Below, in pieces: positions 1 through 7,583 of a DNA stretch of 39,638 nt. Positions within the stretch are counted from its first letter, which is position 1. Every line of letters starts with the position of its first letter. A program made the position numbers and the translations under genes. The stretch spans positions 1 through 39,638 of the forward strand of contig DATKGP010000008.1 of the NCBI GenBank assembly GCA_035510775.1. Direction: 5' to 3'. Under the pieces are notes generated by a model. That model saw only the letters and a program-made list of their open reading frames with translations, did no database searches and had not been told where the DNA came from. This DNA is from Candidatus Saccharimonadales bacterium. Its GTDB lineage: Bacteria; Patescibacteriota; UBA1384; 2-12-FULL-50-11.

Positions 1-40
1 GGGGGGTTGTTCTTGCCGTCTATAAAGGTTGGGCGATTCC

Positions 41-574
41 TTAGCCTTCCTCGCCAGAACCTTGATCAGCGGGTCGGAAGAATGGATGCTCTGCGTCCTT
101 GGCATAGAGCTCGGCGCGAAGTTTCATCCAGATTTTGCCCAGTTCATTCCGGCCGTCACGGTTCGGTCCCCAACCCCAGCAGGCGTCTTTGGTTGAATCT
201 TCAACCAGCGGCAAGTCGAGTGTTTGGCGAAGTTTTCGCTCGACGTAAGGGTGTTGCTGGAGTTTGTGTCGACAGATATCTTCCATAATGCCAACTTTGA
301 TTTCTTCCCAGTTGGCTGGTGCACGATCGACATAAGCCTTGGCTATCTTGAAAGCTGCGTGAGCGGAGGGGGAATGGAAAATCAATTCAACTAGATCTGG
401 CGCTGTCTCGAAAAAGTGAGCTGCTTGGTAGGCATGCTCGCTCGTTTGCCAAAGTCGATCACGCCAGCGGATGCTGAAACTGGAAAAGTTGGAGAATGGG
501 TAGAACTCCCGTTCGTAGAAACCAATCAGATCGCCGGTCAAGGCTAGGTTCGGGTCACGAAACTGCTCTAGCAT
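41..574 (-). CDS. NADAR (YbiA/DUF1768) family protein
   Basis: 177-aa ORF with family-typical motifs FSNFS, SEHAYQAAHF and the C-terminal CWGWGPNRDGRNELGKIWM. AAGGAG (586-591, minus strand) lies 11 nt upstream of ATG 574. Confidence 0.85.
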   Translation of the reverse strand: MLEQFRDPNLALTGDLIGFYEREFYPFSNFSSFSIRWRDRLWQTSEHAYQAAHFFETAPDLVELIFHSPSAHAAFKIAKAYVDRAPANWEEIKVGIMEDICRHKLQQHPYVERKLRQTLDLPLVEDSTKDACWGWGPNRDGRNELGKIWMKLRAELYAKDAEHPFFRPADQGSGEEG

Positions 575-673
575 CGTATTTTTAACTCCTTAAGGTTCGT
601 CGCTTAAAGCGATCGGCCTCAGTATATACGATTACTAAAAATAATCAAGAAGTTGGCTCGGCGAAAAAATCTG

Positions 674-856
674 TTACAGCTTGAAAAATTGTAGGGCGTG
701 GTAGACGAGGATGGCTGGCCAGACGAGGGCTTTCAAGACACCGTAAACACCTGCTCCGAAAGTCGCGGCGTTCTTAATGTAGTAAACTAGCGCGCCGATA
801 AAGGCCAAACCATAAATTCCGCCACCGACCCCTGCATTATTTACATTTCTGCTCAT
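674..856 (-). CDS. small two-helix membrane protein, unknown function
   Basis: I use the internal ATG at 856 (MSRNVNN...) because the longer ORF would overlap ybjQ. AGGAGAGG sits directly upstream and overlaps the ybjQ stop. The 60-aa product is G/A-rich and hydrophobic, and the gene is probably co-transcribed with ybjQ. Confidence 0.55.
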   Translation of the reverse strand: MSRNVNNAGVGGGIYGLAFIGALVYYIKNAATFGAGVYGVLKALVWPAILVYHALQFFKL

Positions 857-864
857 CCTCTCCT

Positions 865-1194
865 TTACCTCACTATTACCGCCGTGCCAAAGCACAAAAC
901 TTCGGTGACGCCGTTCATTACTTCGGTGGCGTCGTAGCGAACGGAAACAATGGCATTAGCGCCAAGCTCCTCGGCGTGTTTAACCATAAGTTCGAACGCT
1001 TCCTCGCGGGTTTTCTCGCAGAGTGAAGTGAAAAGTGAGATTCTCCCACCGACAATTGTCTGCAACGATCCGCCAAGTGATCCGAAAATTGAACGAGAAC
1101 GAACTGTAATTCCTCGAACCAAACCTAAATTCTTAACTATTTTTTTATCTGGCAGCTCTAAAGCCGTCGTAATATTATTTTTATCCATGGCCAT
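865..1194 (-). CDS. ybjQ: YbjQ/UPF0145 family protein
   Basis: 109-aa ORF. The segments [30 protein letters not shown] and [25 protein letters not shown] match the UPF0145 family pattern. Confidence 0.88.
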   Translation of the reverse strand: MAMDKNNITTALELPDKKIVKNLGLVRGITVRSRSIFGSLGGSLQTIVGGRISLFTSLCEKTREEAFELMVKHAEELGANAIVSVRYDATEVMNGVTEVLCFGTAVIVR

Positions 1195-1311
1195 ATAATA
1201 TCACTTTTTCTTTTTAAAAATGTAAAGCAACCTTTACCCCGCACTGAAGTGGCCTTAGTGCGGGGTTTCGCTTCGCTCAACAATATATGTTTTTGGCATC
1301 ACAGAACTTTA

Positions 1312-1336
1312 TGTAAAGTGAACTTTACAGTATAAT
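1312..1336 (+). promoter_or_regulatory. palindromic operator candidate plus -10 box of the mini-DnaJ gene
   Basis: TGTAAAGT-ga-ACTTTACA (1312-1329) is a perfect 8+8 inverted repeat. It is followed by TATAAT (1331-1336), and ATG 1345 lies 8 nt further on with no SD. Confidence 0.4.
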
Positions 1337-1344
1337 TTAAAGAC

Positions 1345-1965
1345 ATGGCCAAGGAATATTACGATATTCTCGGTGTGTCCAAAACTGCCTCGGAAGAGGA
1401 GATTAAGCGTGCCTACCGAAAATTGGCTCACCAGCATCACCCGGACAAAGGCGGCTCGAAAGAACGATTTCAGGAAATAAACGAAGCCTACCAGGTTTTA
1501 GGCGATAAAAATAAACGCGCCCAGTACGACCAGTTCGGTTCAGTCGGCGGCAACTCGCCGTTTGGTGGACAGGCAGGTGGCAATCCTTTTGGTGCCCAGG
1601 GAGGCTCGCCATTCGGCGGAGCAGGCGGCGTCAAGTTTGATTTCGGCTCGGCCGGCGGCTTCGGCTCAATTTTTGAAGATTTGTTCGAAGGAGCTTTCTC
1701 GCAGGTGCAAGTTCAAATGACAATCACCATTCCCCAAGCCGTGCTGGGCGATACTTTGCGTTTTAAAACCCAGCTCGGCGATGAACTGGAGCTGCGGATT
1801 CCGCCTGGCGTGCAAGAGGAGACAACTTTTCGCTTTCGTGGTAAAGGTCAGCAAACTCGGCGCGGCCGCGGCGACCTTCAAGTGTCTATTCACATCAAAA
1901 TCCCCAACCGCCTGTCACGCGAAGAGAAAGAGCTTTACGAACGCCTCAAAGACCTGGGTCGTTAA
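1345..1965 (+). CDS. J-domain co-chaperone, truncated DnaJ/CbpA-like
   Basis: The N-terminal J domain reads YYDILGV...[15 protein letters not shown]...[10 protein letters not shown] (HPD motif). A G/F-rich linker follows ([25 protein letters not shown]). There is a single C-terminal beta-sandwich ([14 protein letters not shown]) and no CxxCxGxG zinc finger. Confidence 0.85.
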   Translation: MAKEYYDILGVSKTASEEEIKRAYRKLAHQHHPDKGGSKERFQEINEAYQVLGDKNKRAQYDQFGSVGGNSPFGGQAGGNPFGAQGGSPFGGAGGVKFDFGSAGGFGSIFEDLFEGAFSQVQVQMTITIPQAVLGDTLRFKTQLGDELELRIPPGVQEETTFRFRGKGQQTRRGRGDLQVSIHIKIPNRLSREEKELYERLKDLGR

Positions 1966-2045
1966 CTCTGAACTGGTCGAAGAGTTGAGTTTCCCTTAAA
2001 AAGCGATACTATTTCTTCGAGCCCTTGTTTTAAGGAGGTCGTACT

Positions 2046-2270
2046 TTGATTGAATTGGCTTGGAAACCGATCAGGATTGCCACGGCTTTGCATAACTTTC
2101 TGCCTGAAGAAGCGTGTGAAGAGATCCAGGCGATGGGAACACTCGCAGCGGCAGTGAGAGTTGCTCGCGAGTACCTAGAAAAAGATCAGGAATTTTCTGG
2201 CCGGACACCGCTCGAGGTTTTTCAAGAGGTGGGCTTGCCAGACGACGTCTACGAACTCGGGGACAAATGA
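2046..2270 (+). CDS. hypothetical small protein
   Basis: 74-aa ORF with a TTG start 7 nt downstream of AAGGAGG (2032-2038). A 9-bp hairpin (2288-2313) lies downstream. No recognisable family. Confidence 0.4.
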   Translation: MIELAWKPIRIATALHNFLPEEACEEIQAMGTLAAAVRVAREYLEKDQEFSGRTPLEVFQEVGLPDDVYELGDK

Positions 2271-2352
2271 GCCCCACCGACGAAACTATGCCACGCTCTC
2301 ACAGGCGTGGCATTTGACACTTCAGGCGAAACCGACAATCATATTAATAGGC

Positions 2353-2886
2353 ATGCAAAGCGTACCAAGCTGGGATCTCTTCTTAACCATCTTCTTTATC
2401 GTGAGTATCGGCTACTCGTTCGTGCTGCAGCGCGACAAGGTGGTGGTAACGATGCTGGCGATTTACGCCGGAATTGTGATTGCCAATATTTTGGGCGGGC
2501 CGATGCAGGCTTTCTTTAACGGCGACAAAACTATTGCCAACAGTCTGTTTGTGAGAGCCAATGCCTCGCCGTTGTCGGTGCAAAGCGGGATTTTCTTGCT
2601 GACAGTTGTGGCCGTAGTTATTCGTAGTGGTCTAGGCGGTCGCGGTTCGGGTTCGCGTGGGGTGCTGTCGCCGTTCGAGTTGGCGGTTTTTAGTTTTTTG
2701 AATTCAACACTAATTTTGGCGGCGATTTTTTCCTTTATGACGCCAGACGCTCAAGCCCACTTTGCCGCCACTTCAAAAATCGCCCGGCAAATTATCAACC
2801 GCGAAACCTGGTGGTTCGTGGCGCCGCTGATTGCCCTGGCAATTACCGGTGGCTTGGGTGGCTCCCGCCGCTCGTCAGACTACTAA
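2353..2886 (+). CDS. multi-pass membrane protein, unknown function
   Basis: The ORF runs 2314-2886. I prefer ATG 2353 because the TTG at 2314 abuts the upstream hairpin. The product has about 5 hydrophobic helices. Confidence 0.6.
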   Translation: MQSVPSWDLFLTIFFIVSIGYSFVLQRDKVVVTMLAIYAGIVIANILGGPMQAFFNGDKTIANSLFVRANASPLSVQSGIFLLTVVAVVIRSGLGGRGSGSRGVLSPFELAVFSFLNSTLILAAIFSFMTPDAQAHFAATSKIARQIINRETWWFVAPLIALAITGGLGGSRRSSDY

Positions 2887-2930
2887 TATCTTGAAAAAAC
2901 CTTCGCGAAACTTTAGGCTGTGATTACGTT

Positions 2931-3509
2931 ATGCCACAGAATGAAGTCGAAAAGTTGCAGCTAGAGATCGTCAAGCTCAAAGAGTTGTTAGTGACCGACG
3001 AGCTGACAAAGGTTTTGAACCGTCGCGGTTTGGAACAAGCTCTAAAACCGGTGGTTGGCGAGGTGAGTTTCCAGCTGAAACACCCCGAAAAACGCAAATC
3101 GCTGATAATTCGAGCTTTTTCGCTGGTATTTGTCGATATCGATCATTTCAAAAAGGTTAACGACACTTACGGTCATCAGGCTGGCGATGAGGCCTTGCGG
3201 GTGGTGGCCAGGATTTTGAAAGAAAATATTCGTGGCATCGACGTGGTTGGCCGCTACGGCGGCGAGGAGATTGTTATCGGTTTACTCGGAGCCAGCAAAA
3301 TTGATGCCGAGCGGATTGCCGAGGATTTACGTAAAAAAATCGCTACAGAAATTATTGAAATCGAAGAAAAGAAATTCCAGCTGACGGCCAGTTTTGGGGT
3401 GGCAACACTTGGTGTCGATATGACGACCGAAGAGCTGATTCACTTGGCCGATCAGGCTCTCTACAAGGCCAAGGAAACTGGCCGCAACAAAGTGGTGGTG
3501 GCTAAGTAA
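2931..3509 (+). CDS. GGDEF-domain diguanylate cyclase (minimal, coiled-coil N-terminus)
   Basis: Motifs LTKVLNRRG, FVDIDHFKKVNDTYGHQAGDEAL, RYGGEEIVIG (a GGEEI variant of GGDEF), RGID five residues upstream (RxxD I-site) and ALYKAKETGRN. Confidence 0.9.
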   Translation: MPQNEVEKLQLEIVKLKELLVTDELTKVLNRRGLEQALKPVVGEVSFQLKHPEKRKSLIIRAFSLVFVDIDHFKKVNDTYGHQAGDEALRVVARILKENIRGIDVVGRYGGEEIVIGLLGASKIDAERIAEDLRKKIATEIIEIEEKKFQLTASFGVATLGVDMTTEELIHLADQALYKAKETGRNKVVVAK

Positions 3510-3510
3510 A

Positions 3511-3556
3511 AGGGCCTGCCGTCGCGTAGTGCTTGGGCAGGCCTTGTATCGTTTGG
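3511..3556 (+). terminator. intrinsic terminator candidate after the GGDEF gene
   Basis: GGCCTGCC (3513-3520) pairs with GGCAGGCC (3536-3543) and is followed by TTGTATCGTTTGG. Confidence 0.5.
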
Positions 3557-3867
3557 ATCATTCCTGAAGCTCGTCGGGGAGTCTTTTTATCGGCTTGAGG
3601 TTTATTTTCCTCTCGTGGACCGATTCATGACGGCTTGGGCGAAATTGTCTCCCTCCGCCCGCACCGTTAGCGTGACTCGATCGCTTTCGTCTTTGCCGAC
3701 ATGTCCCGTAAACTTCTGACTTAGCCAAAGTAGACTCCTAATGATCAAGCTCAAGCGAATTTCGCTTGGCAGTTTCAAGATATTACTATTTTCTGGCTTT
3801 GCAAGCTACGTTTACGATCCCATTTTTACTCACAAGAAAATACCCGCTGGCGCGAGTATTTTCTTGT

Positions 3868-3886
3868 GAGGGCCCGGTGAGGTTCG
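3868..3886 (-). repeat. direct repeat of the tRNA-Lys 3' end (att-like scar)
   Basis: gagggcccggtgaggttcg (3868-3886) matches gagggcccggtggggttcg (4015-4033) at 18 of 19 positions. The second copy is the 3' acceptor/T-arm of tRNA-Lys. The copies lie 147 bp apart. Confidence 0.6.
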
Positions 3887-3980
3887 TGCTGCGGTTGAAA
3901 TATTTTACCGCAGCACCCCGACTCGAAGCATCAAGTTGCCACTGGCAATTTGTCTTTCGCGTCTTCGAACCCCAAGCTGT

Positions 3981-4008
3981 ATCAAAAATCACCGGCAAAA
4001 GCCGGTGG
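3981..4008 (-). terminator. intrinsic terminator of tRNA-Lys
   Basis: On the minus strand the hairpin is CACCGGC-tttt-GCCGGTG followed by ATTTTTGAT. It begins 8 nt after the tRNA 3' end. Confidence 0.6.
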
Positions 4009-4015
4009 TTCTTTG

Positions 4016-4087
4016 AGGGCCCGGTGGGGTTCGAACCCACGACGCTCGCCTTAAAAGGGCGACGCTCTACCACTGAGCTACGGGCCC
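4016..4087 (-). tRNA. tRNA-Lys (anticodon UUU)
   Basis: The minus-strand cloverleaf reads GGGCCCG-TA-GCTC-AGTGGTA-GAGC-G-TCGCC-CTTTTAA-GGCGA-GCGTC-GTGGG-TTCGAAC-CCCAC-CGGGCCC-T. No CCA is encoded. Confidence 0.9.
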
Positions 4088-4155
4088 AATTTAATGCCCG
4101 TGGCTCCGTCTGACAACGGAACCCGGGCATCCAACGGGAGGTAGAATACAGAAAA

Positions 4156-4184
4156 ATTATACCTTAAATCTCGCCGATGCTCAA
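4156..4184 (-). promoter_or_regulatory. sigma70-like promoter upstream of tRNA-Lys
   Basis: On the minus strand, TTGAGC (4184-4179), a 17-nt spacer and TATAAT (4161-4156). This leaves a leader of about 60 nt before the tRNA that contains a nested hairpin. Confidence 0.5.
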
Positions 4185-4196
4185 TTGGCTGGTGGC

Positions 4197-5105
4197 CTAG
4201 CCGAGGTGTTTGAAAGCTGAAGTGGCGGCGACAGCGCCTTGGGCGCAGCCGGTAATAATCTGTTTGAAATGGCCGAAGAAGTTAGTGGTATCTCCCGCGG
4301 CGTAAACTCCCGGGATGTTGGTCTCCATCATATTATTGACGGTAATATAGCCGCGCTCATCCAAAGTTACGCCCAGCTGTTTGGCTAATTCAACATCGGG
4401 AATGGCGCCGATTTCCACAAAAACTCCGTCGACTTTTAGTTCCCGGCCATCGTCGAGTTTCAGGCCAGTTAATTTCTCCTCGCCAAGCAAACTCCCCACT
4501 TTTGTATTTAAACTGACCTCAACTTGACCTTTGTCGATGAACGGCTGAAGGCGTTTCATATTGGTTGGCTCGGGGTTAAGGTGGTCGGTCATCTCTACAA
4601 TATAAATCTTGGTGGCGTACTGGACGGCCAGGTTCGCGCCCTTAATGGCGGCGTCGCCACCACCGATAATCGCCATGATCTTCCCTTTATATAGCGGGCC
4701 GTCGCAGGTGGTGCAGTAGTGAATGCCCTTGCCCTTGGCGAAGTCATCTTCTTTGGGTAAATTCAGTTTTCGCCGAGCCGCTCCCATTGTTAAAACCACG
4801 GTTTTAGTCTCGATAGTTTGGTCTTCCTCGGTGGTCAGCACAAAAGTTTCGGCCTTTTTTTCAGCCTTAATAACTTTGTCGGTAACTAGCTTGACGCCTA
4901 ACTTCTCGACCTGCTCTTTCATCTTCATCACCAAATCGTAGCCATCGATTGATTCGAAGCCGGGATAATTTTCAACAGTCCAGGCGGTCGAGGTGGCGCC
5001 GCCGAGCATATCGCCGATAATGGTTGTGGATAACTCGTAGCGGGCGGCGTAAAGCCCGGCCGCCAAACCTGTTACTCCGCTACCGACAATTGCGACATCT
5101 TTCAT
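4197..5105 (-). CDS. trxB: thioredoxin-disulfide reductase
   Basis: Motifs VAIVGSGVTGLAAGLYAAR (FAD GxGxxG), the redox-active CTTCDG, IGGGDAAIKGA (NADPH site) and GVYAAGD. The ORF extends to TTG 5117, and I prefer ATG 5105. Confidence 0.92.
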   Translation of the reverse strand: MKDVAIVGSGVTGLAAGLYAARYELSTTIIGDMLGGATSTAWTVENYPGFESIDGYDLVMKMKEQVEKLGVKLVTDKVIKAEKKAETFVLTTEEDQTIETKTVVLTMGAARRKLNLPKEDDFAKGKGIHYCTTCDGPLYKGKIMAIIGGGDAAIKGANLAVQYATKIYIVEMTDHLNPEPTNMKRLQPFIDKGQVEVSLNTKVGSLLGEEKLTGLKLDDGRELKVDGVFVEIGAIPDVELAKQLGVTLDERGYITVNNMMETNIPGVYAAGDTTNFFGHFKQIITGCAQGAVAATSAFKHLG

Positions 5106-5127
5106 GACAGTCTTCAAATTACAGGAA

Positions 5128-5188
5128 AATTTTCAATTTTCAATTTTCAAGTAATTTTCAATATTACAATTTTCATTGTTTGAAAATT
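5128..5188. repeat. AATTTTCA repeat array in the trxB/5275 divergent intergenic region
   Basis: Exact AATTTTCA copies lie at 5128, 5135, 5142 (7-bp phased), 5153 and 5168. One inverted copy, TGAAAATT, lies at 5181-5188. Confidence 0.9.
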
Positions 5189-5274
5189 GATAATTGGTAA
5201 ATGATAATTCTAGAACGTATCTTCAGAAAAGAATCGACATTGGTACTTTGATAAACGTTTGTTACTATTATTTT

Positions 5275-5784
5275 ATGGTCAAGGGAATTCGCAACACCTG
5301 CTTCACGCTAATTGCTGTCGGCCTGACGGCCATTGGCTTGTCCTGGAACCGACCGTCGGTTCAGGGGCTGCAGCCGCTAATTAATCAATCGGTCGTCGCG
5401 GCTGATCACCAAACTACTCTCGACGTCAGCATCCCTTTGACGATTACCTTAGCTCGACCGGTAGTTAAAGTTGGTCAGTACCAGACGGTGACAATCCAAA
5501 CAGTGCCAAACGCTAACCTGGAAATTGACACAATTTATCCTAATAGTAGCCTCAACGATCCGCAGATAATTCGTACCGTCTCCGACGGCAACGGCAAGTA
5601 TTCTTACCAGTACCAGCTAAGCAGTTTGGATTATTTGGGGGTTTTCTCAACAGTGGTCAATGCCGATCTTGGAGGTCGCTCGGCCGCTCAAACGGCCAAG
5701 TTTGTTTTTCAAAAATGGGGGGTTAAAGAAACGCCACCCCTTGACGCTACAAGTGGAGAGTATATCTTTCCTCTTGTACCATGA
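5275..5784 (+). CDS. exported/membrane-anchored hypothetical protein
   Basis: The ORF runs 5194-5784. ATG 5275 gives MVKGIRNTCFTLIAVGLTAIGLSW, a signal-anchor-like N-terminus. The rest is beta-rich. The stop overlaps the yvcK start (ATGA). Confidence 0.55.
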   Translation: MVKGIRNTCFTLIAVGLTAIGLSWNRPSVQGLQPLINQSVVAADHQTTLDVSIPLTITLARPVVKVGQYQTVTIQTVPNANLEIDTIYPNSSLNDPQIIRTVSDGNGKYSYQYQLSSLDYLGVFSTVVNADLGGRSAAQTAKFVFQKWGVKETPPLDATSGEYIFPLVP

Positions 5785-6731
5785 TTGATAAACCTAAGAT
5801 TGTAATCCTTGGCGGCGGCAGCGGCCTATCGACTTTGCTACGCGGTTTGAAATATTACCCAGTTAGTTTGTCTGGCATCGTGGCCATGGCCGATAACGGT
5901 GCTTCCAGCGGCCGACTGTCACGTGAGCTCGGCGTTCTGCCGCCTGGAGATGTCCGAAAATGTTTGGCGGCTCTGTCTGATGATGAGGAATTGCTGACAA
6001 AATTATTTGAGTACCGTTTTCAGCGCGGCCGAGGAATTAGCGGCCATGCCTTGGGCAATTTGCTACTTTTGGCTCTGACCGACCTGACCGGTTCTTTTGA
6101 AAAGGCTGTTCAGGCCAGCAGCCGGATTTTGGCCATTCGCGGCCAGGTCATACCCTCGACCTTGCAACATGTCAGCATCGTTGCTCATTTGAAAAATGGC
6201 CAGCAAGCCTTGGGCGAAACCGAAATTCCTATTCAAGGCCATCGTTTTGGCATCGAGACGGTGACGATTCTGCCGGACAATGCCCAGGCCAACCCGACGG
6301 CGACCCACTTTATTGAGAACGCCGACTTGCTAATCTTTGGCCCCGGCAGTTTGTTCACTAGCGTCGTACCTAATCTGCTGATTCAAGATATTCGCCGGGC
6401 GGTGGAAAAATCTAGTGCCCAGAAAATTTACGTCTGTAACGTCTCGACCGAACGCGGCGAAACAGAGAAGCTTTCGGTTGAAGATCACGTCAAAGTTGTC
6501 GCCAAGCACCTGGGCCGAGCTAAGCTAGACAAAGTGATTGTCAACAATAAAACCTTGATTCGTTCCAGTAACTCCGGCAAACTTGGTAGCATCTGCAACA
6601 TTACCGACGGCAGGAAGACGGTTCAGGGGGTTTCAGTAGTTTCGGCCGACGTCATCGACCCGGCCCAGCCGCTCTTTCACGACCCGAAGAGGCTGGCCGA
6701 AGTAATTTGGCAGGTTTTCACCAAACCCTAA
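5781..6731 (+). CDS. yvcK: YvcK/CofD-family (UPF0052) gluconeogenesis/cell-shape factor
   Basis: Family-typical motifs IVILGGGSGLSTLLRGLK, VAMADNGASSGRLSRELGVLPPGDVRKCL and GPGSLFTSVVPNLL. Confidence 0.9.
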   Translation: MIDKPKIVILGGGSGLSTLLRGLKYYPVSLSGIVAMADNGASSGRLSRELGVLPPGDVRKCLAALSDDEELLTKLFEYRFQRGRGISGHALGNLLLLALTDLTGSFEKAVQASSRILAIRGQVIPSTLQHVSIVAHLKNGQQALGETEIPIQGHRFGIETVTILPDNAQANPTATHFIENADLLIFGPGSLFTSVVPNLLIQDIRRAVEKSSAQKIYVCNVSTERGETEKLSVEDHVKVVAKHLGRAKLDKVIVNNKTLIRSSNSGKLGSICNITDGRKTVQGVSVVSADVIDPAQPLFHDPKRLAEVIWQVFTKP

Positions 6732-7583
6732 TCACTTGCGAACTTCTAAAATTTCGCCAGTTTGGGAATTGATAGACAGAGGGATATTTATTGGGTCGTC
6801 AGGAATCCCAATGATGACGTTTTTCGTAACCAGCTCGTTTAGCGTGCTCGGGTAGCGACCGAAGCGGTCGTGGAAAGTTTTAGTGGCGTCTTGCAGGAAG
6901 AAAATTATCTGCAAATGAGTCAGATATTTCCCGGCCCGGTCTTTAATGAAAGAGTCGGTGGTGGTGCTGTAGACCGTCTGGAAAATTTGGTAGGCGATCT
7001 GACGTTGGTCGGACGAGTTGTAGTAAATGGCGGCGAAGTATTTGGTGTTGGCCGGGGCGCCGGGTTTAGAGGCGGCTAAATCAAAAAGGTGGGCGGCGGC
7101 ATTGTAGTCTTTCTTATAAATGTGGTAGACCAAGCCGGTGTAGTAGGGCATCTCCCATGAGTCGGGCAGGTTTTGCATGCCTTTGTTGCCCAGGGAAATC
7201 GCCTGGTCGGCATAGCCCTCGCCCGGCAGAATTATCAGGCCGGTTTGATAGGCCTCAAGAAATTTTGGTGACAAATCGGTGATGGTGTTAAACATCTCCG
7301 GAAGCTTGCGGTACTGGCCGTTTGGGTCGCCGCCGCCGTAGTACTGAATCATCTGTAGCCAATACCAATCGGCCAAGGCCTCGTTCATCCCAAAAGACAT
7401 ATTCTTGGCCACCGAACCGCCTAAAGGCTGTGGCTCGATATATATATTGTAGGTGGTGTTAATCATCGGCGGGCTAAACCGTAGCCAGCTATCGAAAGTC
7501 AGCTGGGCGTAGTAGCTAAAGCCTAGGGTTATAACGACCCAAAGAATTGTTAACCTCTGAAAGGTAGCGGTTTTAGAATTCAT
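6732..7583 (-). CDS. membrane-anchored hypothetical protein (helical-repeat-like), last gene of the ABC operon
   Basis: I prefer ATG 7583 (MNSKTATFQRLTILWVVITLGF, an N-terminal TM helix). It overlaps the permease stop by 11 nt. The product is aromatic-rich and looks helical-repeat-like. Confidence 0.6.
   Translation of the reverse strand: MNSKTATFQRLTILWVVITLGFSYYAQLTFDSWLRFSPPMINTTYNIYIEPQPLGGSVAKNMSFGMNEALADWYWLQMIQYYGGGDPNGQYRKLPEMFNTITDLSPKFLEAYQTGLIILPGEGYADQAISLGNKGMQNLPDSWEMPYYTGLVYHIYKKDYNAAAHLFDLAASKPGAPANTKYFAAIYYNSSDQRQIAYQIFQTVYSTTTDSFIKDRAGKYLTHLQIIFFLQDATKTFHDRFGRYPSTLNELVTKNVIIGIPDDPINIPLSINSQTGEILEVRK

Noticed and set aside
7-288. ORF 7-288 (+, 93 aa) and ORF 124-333 (-, 69 aa) at the window start
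   Set aside because: The first is antisense to the NADAR gene and the second is an out-of-frame same-strand ORF inside it. The NADAR family motifs fix the true frame.
2046-2270. Reading the 74-aa ORF as an Xre/MbcA/ParS-type (DUF2384-like) antitoxin
   Set aside because: Only a short C-terminal resemblance exists (GRTPLEVFQEVG). The protein is too short and no RES/ParT-like toxin gene is adjacent.
3868-4087. Active prophage or integrative element at tRNA-Lys (and likewise at tRNA-Gly, 16373-16615)
   Set aside because: The partial tRNA repeats are only 147 and 169 bp from the intact genes, and no integrase, excisionase or phage gene occurs anywhere in the window. At most these are scars or decayed duplications.
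3766-4130. ORFs 3766-4113 (+, 115 aa) and 3786-4130 (-, 114 aa)
   Set aside because: Both span tRNA-Lys, its terminator and the tRNA-fragment repeat. Neither has an SD or any motif. They are translation artefacts of RNA-coding and non-coding DNA.
5128-5188. AATTTTCA array as a CRISPR array or satellite
   Set aside because: The units are 8 bp with 7-15 bp periodicity and lie within 61 bp of a divergent promoter. There are no spacers of CRISPR size and no cas genes in the window.
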